This document shows, piece by piece, positions 21,977-31,113 of a stretch of DNA of 64,000 nucleotides. Origin of the DNA: Thecamonas trahens ATCC 50062 (lineage: Eukaryota; Protista; Apusomonadida); NCBI RefSeq assembly GCF_000142905.1, contig NW_013657676.1:248001-312000 (forward strand), in the 5' to 3' direction. The notes below the pieces were generated by a model. That model was given only the letters and a program-made list of their open reading frames with translations, was not told the DNA's origin and did no database searches. Within the stretch, counting starts at the first letter, position 1. The number at the start of each line of letters is the position of its first letter. The translations under genes and the position numbers were made by a program.

Positions 21977-23418
21977 CTATGTGGCGGCTGGGGAGCTGTC
22001 TGGCGAGCTTAGCGCGGCCTCAAAGGCGTGAGCGGCGTCGGACGGATCAGACCCGGGCGCGCACGGCGTCCCGGTCTCGGCCAACGCCGCGTTCTGGGCA
22101 CGAAGATCAGCCAGTTGGGCCTGGAGCGTTTCCCTCTCGCGACGGACGGCGCCGCGACGGGCGGCAGCCTGATGCGGTGTCTCGTTGCCTGTTGCGGAGC
22201 GGACAGCGGCGGCAAGGCGTGTTCCAGCTTCGACCGCGAGCGACCCGACAAGGGCAGCCCTCCGCTCGATGCGCAGAGTCGAGGCGTACGTTGCCACCAA
22301 CATCTTCATGTGGGCAACCACAGGTGATGCCTGAAGTGCACCCAGTGACTCGTTGGTGGCGAGCCGGTCTCGGATGGTGGCGAGCGAGGCCTTGGCAGCC
22401 TCGTACGCCTCCGACGGCTGGAAACCCTCGATCTGCCGGCGCATGGCAGCAAGCGACGCGAGGAGGATTGCGCCAGAAGCTGCCATTGCCGCGCGCACGC
22501 CAGCCGCACGCGTCGCACTCTCTGTGGCATCCTCGCTCGTCAGCGGTGACGTGCTTGCGGCCGGCAGGTTACCTGCAGGCACGACCGCACCTCGCACGCC
22601 ACGAGCCTTGGCCTCGGCGATCAGTCGTGCACGCTCGGCGGCGCGTGCAGCTTGCATCAGATGCGCTTGGCTGTGGGCCTTGGCCTTGGCGGCTGCTGTC
22701 GCGCCCTTGGGGATGGCAACACCGTGCGAGCTCGACGGGGGCGGCGAGTGTATGGGTGTCGGGCCCGAAGCAGGCTCCACCTCTGCGGCAAACGCTTCAA
22801 AGCGGGACTTGGAAAAGTCAAAGGCCGAGGCAAAGGCAAGCAGGCCGTTGAGGTCTGAGACCAGGATCTGGCCGCACATCATGGCCAGCATCGGGTCGGT
22901 CGTCCCAGCGAGAACGCCGACCAGAACCTGCGGCGAGAGAGTGACCACAGTCGGCGGCAGCCATGCGGAGGCATCACAATCATCGTCCTCGCCCTCGGTC
23001 TCGACAGTCACCAAGCCGTCGACAACCCGGACCACCACCGTGTGCACAGTCGCCTCGGCGCCGGTCCCGTCCTTGACCACGAACACCGCCTGCGGGGTGG
23101 AGGTTCGGCACCGATGGCAGTCGTTGGGAATAGCCACATCGCCACCATCACCAGCAGCAGCACCAGCACCAGCACCAGCAACATATGATTATCAGTCCCG
23201 ATGACAACCTGGGTGAGTGAGGGCTACTCTGGTGACTGGGGGGGGGGGGGGGGGGGGGAAGGAGGCCGGCATCTTCCGTTGCGCAACACACAGCCCCTCC
23301 CACCGCAAGCACGTACCCCGCCACTGTATCGAGACTCAGGCCCCTTGTAGGCATACGGAATAAACGCCAGGGCGGCGGCCAAGGCTTGCTGCGCGTCCAC
23401 GTCGCTCTCCGAGGCCAT
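21977..23418 (-). CDS. SCP2 sterol/lipid-binding domain protein with helical C-terminus; intron ~23316-23090
   Basis: Exon 1 MASESD...YSGG|GTACGT...CCCCGCAG|AVFVVKDG; VTLSPQVLVGVLAGTTDPMLAMMCGQILVSD matches the SCP2 C-terminal pattern. Confidence 0.65.
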
Positions 23419-23621
23419 GGCTGAGAGAAGGAGTCGTGTGTGGTGCGCAACGTGGACGTGGTGGCTGGTGGGCGGCAGGCGGTGGTCAGCAGGCGGTGGT
23501 CAGCATGTGATGGCCAGTGGTGGGCGTGGCTGGATCACGTCGGATGGATGTGTGTTTTGCTTGCGGTCGACCTCTAGCGTACCAGACTCACGCTCCAGTT
23601 GGAGACCGGTGCGTCGGTCAT

Positions 23622-26600
23622 TTACTGCCTGGCCTTTCCCTTGACCACAGCCACAATCCGCGGAACGACCATTGCGCCGACTGCAAGGGCGCATGAAGCC
23701 GCGACAGCATACCCGGCGTAATGGGCCCAGCTCGCTGCCGCCCGCGCGTGACGGAGGGCGCGGGCGCTCCCTGCCCGCGGCACAACGCCTGGTACAACGA
23801 GCGGTGCCGGTCTCAGGATCTCAAAGGGTGTGGGCCGTGGCCGGAGCGGCGATGACGGCACAGCGCCAGGCGAGTCGGGCATCGGAGCGAGGAGCGCGTC
23901 GACCCGCTCGAGCTCGTCTTCGAGCTTGGTGGTGTACGCTGCCGCCTGTGCGGCATAGAGACAGTCGAGGGCAGAGCGGATGCGTGCTGCAGAAAAGGCC
24001 GAGAGCTCGGCAGGGCTCGGCCGTGGCTCGGTCCGCGCCACGTGCTTGAGCCATGACGAGTAGTACCGGAGGAGCGCCTTGATGGCGCGGACGGCGCGCG
24101 GATGCTCCACGCCGAACTTGGCGCATGCAAGCGAGACCGCCTCCTGGACGTATGGCTCGCCAGTGGCATAATCGTGGCGTGTAGCGTAGACGGTCTGCAG
24201 TGCCGAAAGATTGTGGAGGACGTTGCGGTGTGAGGCGCCGAGTGAGAGCTTGTTGATCCGCAGCGCCTCGAGGAGCGCGGCCTCGGCGGCGGGGAGATCC
24301 TTGCGGTGGAGCCAGTACGAGCCGAGCGCCGAATGGTCCGAAGCAACCTCGGGATGGTTCGGCCCGAGCAGCGTCGAGCGGACTTCGAGTGCGCGCCCGA
24401 GGAGATTGTGCGCTAGATCGTACTCTCGGAGATAGAGGTGGAGCATGCCAACGTTGTGGAGCGTCCGTGCAGTCTCGGGGTGCATCTCGCCAAACCGCTG
24501 TGTGCGGATAGCGAGTGCCGCGTTGAGGTACCGCTTGGCCTCGTCAAAGTCCTTCAGTCGGCGATGAACGTTGCCGAGATTGTTGAGCACCGCCGCCACC
24601 AGCGGGTGGTTTTCATCAAAGAGAGCCGTCCGGATGTCGAGCGCCTGGTGAAGGAGCGCTGACGCAGTGTCGTACTCGTGACGATACGAGGCGATGAGTG
24701 CCATGTCATTGATGATTGCTGCGTACTCGGCGTGATGCGTTCCAACCGATGCCAAAACTATGTCGCGCGCCTGCTCGTAGAGCGACTCGGCACGCTCGTA
24801 GTCGTCAAACGAGTAAAAGTTGAGAAAGGCGAGATGCCGGAGCGTGTTGGCCACCAGCGGGTGGTCGTGGCCAAAGAGGTCGCGGCGGATGGCGAGCGCC
24901 TGCTCGAGCTCGTCCTCAGACGCGTTGTAGTTGGACTCGGCGCCATAGACACTGGCAAGGAGCATGCGGGTAGCAGCGACGCCAGCAGACTCGGGGCCGG
25001 CCAACTCAGCCTTGATCGCAAGCGCCCGGGTGAGCGCCCGTCGAGCCTGGCCGTAGCGGCCCTGCGCCTGACGCAGCTGGCCGACAAGGTCGAGGCACGC
25101 CGCACGGACATCTGCCACGCCAGACGTCGCCCGCCCGTGGTCAGGCGCTTCCATGGCCTCCAGCACCTCAAGAGCATGTCGGAGCAACGCGTCCGCCTTG
25201 GCGTACTGCGCCATCTCGCGGCAAACCGAGGCGAGGCCGAGCTCAACTCGCGCTTGGACCAGTGAGCCCTCGTCCGAGCTCCCCAGCTCGGCAGCCTCGG
25301 CAAGGAGCGCGTGTGCGCCGTGGTAGTGGCACGCCTGCAGCTGCGCCATGCCGTACTCGTACAGACTCTCCGTCAAAACAGGAACGATGGCCGGCAGCCG
25401 CTTTGCGAGCCTGCGCCGTAGCTTGAGCGCAGCTTCAAAGGCCTCGGACGCCGGCGCGATCTGCCCGTCGCTGGCGTACGCCACTCCAAGCTCGTGGTGG
25501 ACAGCCGCGAGCTTGGAGTCTGTGGCATCGTGCGCCCACATGCGAGGCGAGAATAGCCGCGCGAGCGACGCCACCGGCGAGTCGATGCTCTCTGGATCGG
25601 CAGCGAGAAGCACCTTGCGAAGCGAGAGGACGAGTCCGATGTAGGTGGCTGGAGGGAAGCGTGCCCGCAGCAGCCGTCCGCCGGAAATGATCATCTGCGC
25701 CATCAGGTCCTCGGGCGGCGCCACGCCGCGAACAACTCGGAGCGCATCGAGCGAAGCCTGGACCTCGGCTGGCATCCACTGCGGCTGAGCCTGCGGTGGG
25801 GGCTGGTGCAGAGGCGCAAGCCCGACGCGAGGCTCGGGTCCTGCTGCCTCTAGCTCACACGGAAGCCGCGAGTACCGCACGCACTCTTCCAGCGCGTGCA
25901 TGATGCTCGCTTCGAGGTCGACAAACGCCCGAAAGGCGGCTGCAAAGTCAGGCAGCTCGGCGAGCTCGACCACTTTGTCCGCGCAATACTCGATGAACCG
26001 GGCCCGAAAGTACATGCCCGGCGCCTTTGGCCAGGCAGTAGCTTGTGGCTCCAAGGCGTCCGAGACGTGACCGACATCGCTACCGCGGGCCGGCACCGCA
26101 ATCCGTGGGCGATTTTCATGCGAGGGCCGCGGTCGGGCCGGCGACGGCGCAGCGGGCTGGGAGAGCTCGACGCGCGTCTCGGGCCCCGGCACTGAACCGG
26201 CGCCAAGGGCGGCGAGCTCGTGGACCACAAACTTGCGAACGAGTGGATGAAGCGAGTAGCGCCCAGTGCTTGGCGCGTAGCGGACGAGGAAGATGTGGTG
26301 AAGCTCGGCGAGAAGCTCCGACGCAGCATCGTGGTCAAGGCAGAGGACATGGGAAGCGGCGTCGACGTCAAAGTCTGCGTGGAACGTGGCGAGGCCTACA
26401 AAGTGCAGCTGCTGGGTGTGCGAGAGGGTGGCGAGCGAGGCAACAAGCGCAGCACCAAGCGACGAATCGGAGAGCGCAAAGAGATCGACGTTATTGAGAC
26501 GGTCAAGGAGCGGTTCGAGCGGGAGGTGAGCCCGCTTGCGGAGGAGTGCCGAGATGACTGTGAGCGCAAGCGGGAAGCCGCCCGCGAGGACGGCGACCGA

Positions 26601-28346
26601 CGACGCCTGGTCCGGCGAGAGCTCCGGATTGGCGTGCCGCAGAAAAGCAACCGAGTCGCTGTGGTCGAGCGGATCGAGGCGGACGTCGACGGCTGGGACA
26701 TCAGTGACAGCAATGGGCACCGCGGCGGTGACCACGACGCAGCAGGCCGATGACGGCAAGAGTTCGTGGACAAGCTTTGCCGACGGCGCGTCTTCGAGAA
26801 GCAGCAGCGATGGCTCGCCGTGGAAGCACGAGAGGTACAGGCCGTCGAGCTCGGCTGCGTGGACGGGCAGCGATCCGAGGTTGGGGTAAAAGGCGCGGAC
26901 GACAAAGGCGCGCGCTTCGGCAGGCGTGAGGTAGGTCGTCGGCGTGACCCGGAGCGAGATGGAAAACTGTCGCGGGTAGTCGTCGGAGAGACCGGCGACA
27001 AGCTGGCGGGCAAACGAGGCTTTGCCAATGCCGGGCGGTCCGGCGACAACAACAGCCTTGATGGGCGAGGCCTCGGACCGGATGTCGTCAAGGGTGGCAC
27101 CCACGAGCCCATCGCGGGCCGACGGGACCGAGCCGTGGGTGATGATCTTGTACTGTGAGGTGTTGAGGCGCGAGGTCGGGCCAGACGGCTGGGGCGGCGC
27201 ACCGAGGGCGGCAGCCGTGCCCGGTGGAGCGTTCATGCGCTCGAGAATGAGCTGCATCGGCATGACGTAGGTCGACGAGTCACGGCGAATGTATGCCGTC
27301 GGCTTGTTGCGGCCAATGAGATAGACCGGAGCCGGGCCGCGGGCAATGTGGAACTCGACAACAAAGGTGGGGTAGGCCGGTGCGTTGAGAACCGGGACAA
27401 AGCGAATGGCGATGAGCGACGAGTCAACAGGCGGCCACATGTCGTGAAGGACGCGGTCAGTGGCGAGGCGAAGGTCGTCGCGATTGGAGCGATTGAGGAC
27501 AACGCCCTTGATGACTCCGTCGTCGGTGACGCCAAAGTACACGCACCCGCCGTTGGTGTTGATGAGCGAGTTGAGGTACTTGGAGAGGTAGTCAGAAATG
27601 CGACGGACCGGAGTCCGCGCTCGCTGGACAGCCTTGAACTCGTGCATGCGGTCTTCGTCGTAGCCAATGATCGCGTCGTAGAGGTACGGATCCGGCGGTG
27701 TGTCCGACGACGGCAGAACGTGCTCGGGGACGCAAGCTGCGGCAGCAATGGCAAACTCGTCCGGCGCCGGGGACGGCGCACGCGAGCCAGCGGGTGTCGT
27801 CCGCGGCGGCGGGCCGCCAATGTCGTCGTACTCGACCACATTGAGCTCGTTGCCGCCGGGCTCGCCAGTCTCAGCACGACCCTCGTCCGCAGACAACACG
27901 GGCTTGGGCATGGCCGTCTCAACACCTGGCAAGCGCTGCGCCTCGCCTGCAAGGTCGCGGAGGACGGTGACAAAGGCTTGATCCGGATCGTCAGGCTCCG
28001 AGTCAGCGACGGGATGTGGCGAGTCCGGATCGTCGCCCGTGCCGCCGGCTGAGAACACAACGTCGGCCATCGAGCCGGTGGAGAAAGCCCCGCGCGGGGT
28101 GCCGTACGTCGACGGCGGGCCCGAGGCCGAGCCCGATCCTGGCGAGACCACGAGCGTGCCGGCCGGCGAAGACGATGGCGGGACGATCGTGAGCGACGGG
28201 ATGCGGCGGCGAGTGTGCGGGGTGTTAGCGGCGGTGGCAGGGCCAGGCGACGGCGAGGCTGGTGCAGGCGAAGGAGGCGTTGGCAAGTCGTGGTTGACCA
28301 CCGCGTCGTCGTCGTCGTCCCTGTGAATGGACGAGACACCACCCAT
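23622..28346 (-). CDS. NLR-like protein: Schlafen/AlbA_2 RNase + STAND NB-ARC ATPase + TPR repeats + C-terminal TM
   Basis: MGGVSS start; EDRMHEFK, LINTNGGCVYFGVTDDG, YIRRDSST (Schlafen core); GPPGIGKAS, LLLLEDA, GGFPLAL, YSLHPLVR (NB-ARC); about eight or more 42-aa TPRs (HPLVA..LNNLG, HPETARTLHNVG); hydrophobic tail YAGYAVAASCALAVGAMVV. Confidence 0.9.
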   Translation of the reverse strand: MGGVSSIHRDDDDDAVVNHDLPTPPSPAPASPSPGPATAANTPHTRRRIPSLTIVPPSSSPAGTLVVSPGSGSASGPPSTYGTPRGAFSTGSMADVVFSAGGTGDDPDSPHPVADSEPDDPDQAFVTVLRDLAGEAQRLPGVETAMPKPVLSADEGRAETGEPGGNELNVVEYDDIGGPPPRTTPAGSRAPSPAPDEFAIAAAACVPEHVLPSSDTPPDPYLYDAIIGYDEDRMHEFKAVQRARTPVRRISDYLSKYLNSLINTNGGCVYFGVTDDGVIKGVVLNRSNRDDLRLATDRVLHDMWPPVDSSLIAIRFVPVLNAPAYPTFVVEFHIARGPAPVYLIGRNKPTAYIRRDSSTYVMPMQLILERMNAPPGTAAALGAPPQPSGPTSRLNTSQYKIITHGSVPSARDGLVGATLDDIRSEASPIKAVVVAGPPGIGKASFARQLVAGLSDDYPRQFSISLRVTPTTYLTPAEARAFVVRAFYPNLGSLPVHAAELDGLYLSCFHGEPSLLLLEDAPSAKLVHELLPSSACCVVVTAAVPIAVTDVPAVDVRLDPLDHSDSVAFLRHANPELSPDQASSVAVLAGGFPLALTVISALLRKRAHLPLEPLLDRLNNVDLFALSDSSLGAALVASLATLSHTQQLHFVGLATFHADFDVDAASHVLCLDHDAASELLAELHHIFLVRYAPSTGRYSLHPLVRKFVVHELAALGAGSVPGPETRVELSQPAAPSPARPRPSHENRPRIAVPARGSDVGHVSDALEPQATAWPKAPGMYFRARFIEYCADKVVELAELPDFAAAFRAFVDLEASIMHALEECVRYSRLPCELEAAGPEPRVGLAPLHQPPPQAQPQWMPAEVQASLDALRVVRGVAPPEDLMAQMIISGGRLLRARFPPATYIGLVLSLRKVLLAADPESIDSPVASLARLFSPRMWAHDATDSKLAAVHHELGVAYASDGQIAPASEAFEAALKLRRRLAKRLPAIVPVLTESLYEYGMAQLQACHYHGAHALLAEAAELGSSDEGSLVQARVELGLASVCREMAQYAKADALLRHALEVLEAMEAPDHGRATSGVADVRAACLDLVGQLRQAQGRYGQARRALTRALAIKAELAGPESAGVAATRMLLASVYGAESNYNASEDELEQALAIRRDLFGHDHPLVANTLRHLAFLNFYSFDDYERAESLYEQARDIVLASVGTHHAEYAAIINDMALIASYRHEYDTASALLHQALDIRTALFDENHPLVAAVLNNLGNVHRRLKDFDEAKRYLNAALAIRTQRFGEMHPETARTLHNVGMLHLYLREYDLAHNLLGRALEVRSTLLGPNHPEVASDHSALGSYWLHRKDLPAAEAALLEALRINKLSLGASHRNVLHNLSALQTVYATRHDYATGEPYVQEAVSLACAKFGVEHPRAVRAIKALLRYYSSWLKHVARTEPRPSPAELSAFSAARIRSALDCLYAAQAAAYTTKLEDELERVDALLAPMPDSPGAVPSSPLRPRPTPFEILRPAPLVVPGVVPRAGSARALRHARAAASWAHYAGYAVAASCALAVGAMVVPRIVAVVKGKARQ

Positions 28347-28662
28347 GACTTGGGTATGATTGTAGAGTGGAGGTGGCAGCATTCGGCGAGTGGCGGCACA
28401 AGCACAAGCAGGTGCAGCTGGTGCTGGCAGGTGAGAGACAGACCGAACTGCCGTCACTTCCGCGTCCGAAACTAACCCAAACATCGACGCGGGTTTGGGT
28501 CACACGGACAGCCACGGCACGGGCCCCTCGGCTCCACGCAAACAAACAAGCACCGATACCCATCTCCCGGCCGACACAGTCCCACCCAGCTCGAGCCTCA
28601 CACACACACATCTTTTCTCCCACCTCAACCTCAAGTCCCCCGCTTTGAGAAACTGGTGCATT

Positions 28663-29772
28663 ATGGGCCAGGGCCATGCCAAGGAGGCAGAGATGCGGAC
28701 GCTTGCGGCGGCGCAGGAGGACACCCACTTTACCCTCTCCGAGGTCAAGCATCTGCGCAAGCATTACGAGCGGGTGTGCGGCGGATCGGAGCTGACTCGC
28801 GATCAGTTTGGCGAGCTTGTGGACGAGCTGCATCTTCCGGGACTCTCGGACTCGCGCGAGATGCTGGACGAGGTCTTTACCCTCTTTGACATCGACGAGT
28901 CGGACAGCGTCAACTTTAAGGATCTTCTCTCGGCGCTTTCCATCTGCGCACGCGGCTCGCTGGAGGAACGCATTCTGCTGGCCTTCCACATGTTTGGCGC
29001 CACGTCAGGCGGCGTGGTGTCGCGGGCATCGATGCTCAAGGTGCTGACCCACCTCGCGCCGCTCATCCGGTCGTCGGGCGAGGGCGTGCCGGGAGTGCTG
29101 CCTTCCGACGCCAGCAGCTCGATCAACAGTGCAGGTGTTGCCGACGCCGGCGTTGACATCGACGCCTTGTCGCAGTTTGTCGACACCATCTTTGCCGAGT
29201 GCGATCTTGATGCCGACGGCGCACTCAACATCCCCGAGTTTACGCGGGCCGTGCGTGCGACGCCGCAGCTGCTTGCCTTCATGGGCAACTTTGTGACGGC
29301 CGACACCGCCGCCAACCGGCCGCGCCGCTACCTAGTGGCGGTCGATGGTGGCGAATCATGCCACCGCGCGTTCCAGCACGTTCTCACTGACCTGCAGGGC
29401 CGTGAGCACTCCCTCCACCTCGTCGTCGTTGTCCGCAAGCTCGACCCGCGCCACAAGCCGCCGCTCATGTCCTCGGCCAAATTTGAGGCCGAGTTTGCTG
29501 CCCGCCACGATGCCATGCTCGCCACCATGCAGTCGTTTGAGGAGCTGGCTCACGAGGCCGGTGTCGCCCGCGTCGAGACCGAGGTCGTCCGCGACGTCGC
29601 CGAGGTCGGCCCGGCTATCATCGACGTCGCCCACCGCATCGACGCCGACGTCCTTGCCATGGGCTTTGAGGGCCAGTCTGGCCGCCAGCACAACTCTGCG
29701 GACGTCCATCTCGGCTATGTCGCCTCGTACTGCATCCAGCATGCCCACTGCTCGGTCCTCATCATCAAGTAA
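28663..29772 (+). CDS. Neuronal-calcium-sensor/calcineurin-B-like EF-hand protein fused to a universal stress protein domain
   Basis: MGQGHAK, THFTLSEV, EF loops DIDESDSVNFKD and DLDADGALNIPE, RGSLEERILLAF; USP YLVAVDGGE...DVLAMG...LGYVASYCIQHAHCSVLIIK. Confidence 0.85.
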   Translation: MGQGHAKEAEMRTLAAAQEDTHFTLSEVKHLRKHYERVCGGSELTRDQFGELVDELHLPGLSDSREMLDEVFTLFDIDESDSVNFKDLLSALSICARGSLEERILLAFHMFGATSGGVVSRASMLKVLTHLAPLIRSSGEGVPGVLPSDASSSINSAGVADAGVDIDALSQFVDTIFAECDLDADGALNIPEFTRAVRATPQLLAFMGNFVTADTAANRPRRYLVAVDGGESCHRAFQHVLTDLQGREHSLHLVVVVRKLDPRHKPPLMSSAKFEAEFAARHDAMLATMQSFEELAHEAGVARVETEVVRDVAEVGPAIIDVAHRIDADVLAMGFEGQSGRQHNSADVHLGYVASYCIQHAHCSVLIIK

Positions 29773-29932
29773 CTGCTTCCCCCCCTGATCCCCCTCCTCC
29801 CAAGCCCCTCACGCGCTACGAGCCATACGACAGCAACACCTCACCCACGCCATTCCCTTCCCCACCCTCCTCACCCCTCCACACATACACACACACACAC
29901 ACACACACATACACACGTATATACATACAACC

Positions 29933-30965
29933 ATGGTTCGTCACCCCACTCCCCTTCCCCCTCCTCCCACCCGTCCACCCCGTCCATCCTGCGCTCCCAT
30001 CCATCCTCCTCCTCTTCCCTCCCTCACTCCCCCCCACCCCCACTCACTCCCTCCACCCCCCACCCCCACCCACACGCACATAGATCCGCCGCAACATCCG
30101 GCTGCGCAAGGACTACATCTACCAGAAGAGCCAAGAGGCCAAGGAGCGGGCCAAGGCCGAGAAGAAGGAGCGGCTGCGCAAGGCGCTCGATGAGGGCCGC
30201 ATGATCGACCCGCAGCTGCGGCGGGATGTGGCCGAACTGGCGGCAGAGATGGAGATGGACGATGCTGGTGGCGAGGGCTCTGCAGCGGCGCTGCAGGCCG
30301 AGCTGATGGACAACGAGTATGCAAACGCGGGAGTGTTCGACCCGCGGGTGGTGGTGACGACCTCCCGCGAGCCGTCGGTCCTCCTCAAGCAGTTTGCCAA
30401 GGAGATCCGCTTGCTCTTCCCCAACGCGCAGCGGATCAACCGCGGCGGGTACCGGACCAAGGACCTGATGGATGCCTGCCGTGAGAACAACGTCACCGAT
30501 CTGGTCGTCGTCCAGGAGCACCGCGGCATTCCGGACGGCCTGGTTGTCTGCCACTTTCCCTTTGGTCCCACGGCGTACTTTACCCTGGCCAACGTAGTCA
30601 CCCGCCACGAGATCAAGGCTGCCACCAAGGTCTCCGAGGCCTATCCGCACCTCATCTTCCACGGCTTTACCACCCGCCTCGGCCAGCGCGTCGCAGACAT
30701 CCTCAAGTACCTGTTCCCGGTTCCCAAGGACGAGTCCAAGCGCGTCATGTCCTTCATCAACGAGGCCGACTACATCTCCTTCCGCCACCACGTCTACGAG
30801 CAGCACGGCCACACGCCTGACGACGTCGAACTCGTCGAGGTCGGGCCGCGTTTCGAGCTCCGCCCCTACAAGATCGTCCTCGGCACCCTCGAGCAGCGCG
30901 AGGCAGACTCGGAATGGGAACTCCGTCCCTACCACAACACCGCCAAGAAGCGCCGAAAGCTGTAG
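29933..30965 (+). CDS. IMP4: U3 snoRNP protein IMP4 (Brix); ATG-only first coding exon, intron 29936-30083
   Basis: ATG|GTTCGT...TAG|IRRNIRLRKDYIYQKS; TTSREPS..L.QFAKE, EHRGIPDGL, GPTAYF, EVGPRFELRPY, EWELRPY.NTAKKR. Confidence 0.95.
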
Positions 30966-31113
30966 CTCTGCCCTTCTCACATCAGAGCCGTATCCCTTTG
31001 CCCATCCAGTGGCCATCAAATACGTCTCACCATTCCCCCCCCCCCCCGACTCACACGCACCGCTCACCCAAAGCCACCGCTCGCGCCCACCCCACCCACC
31101 ACCCATCTCCACC

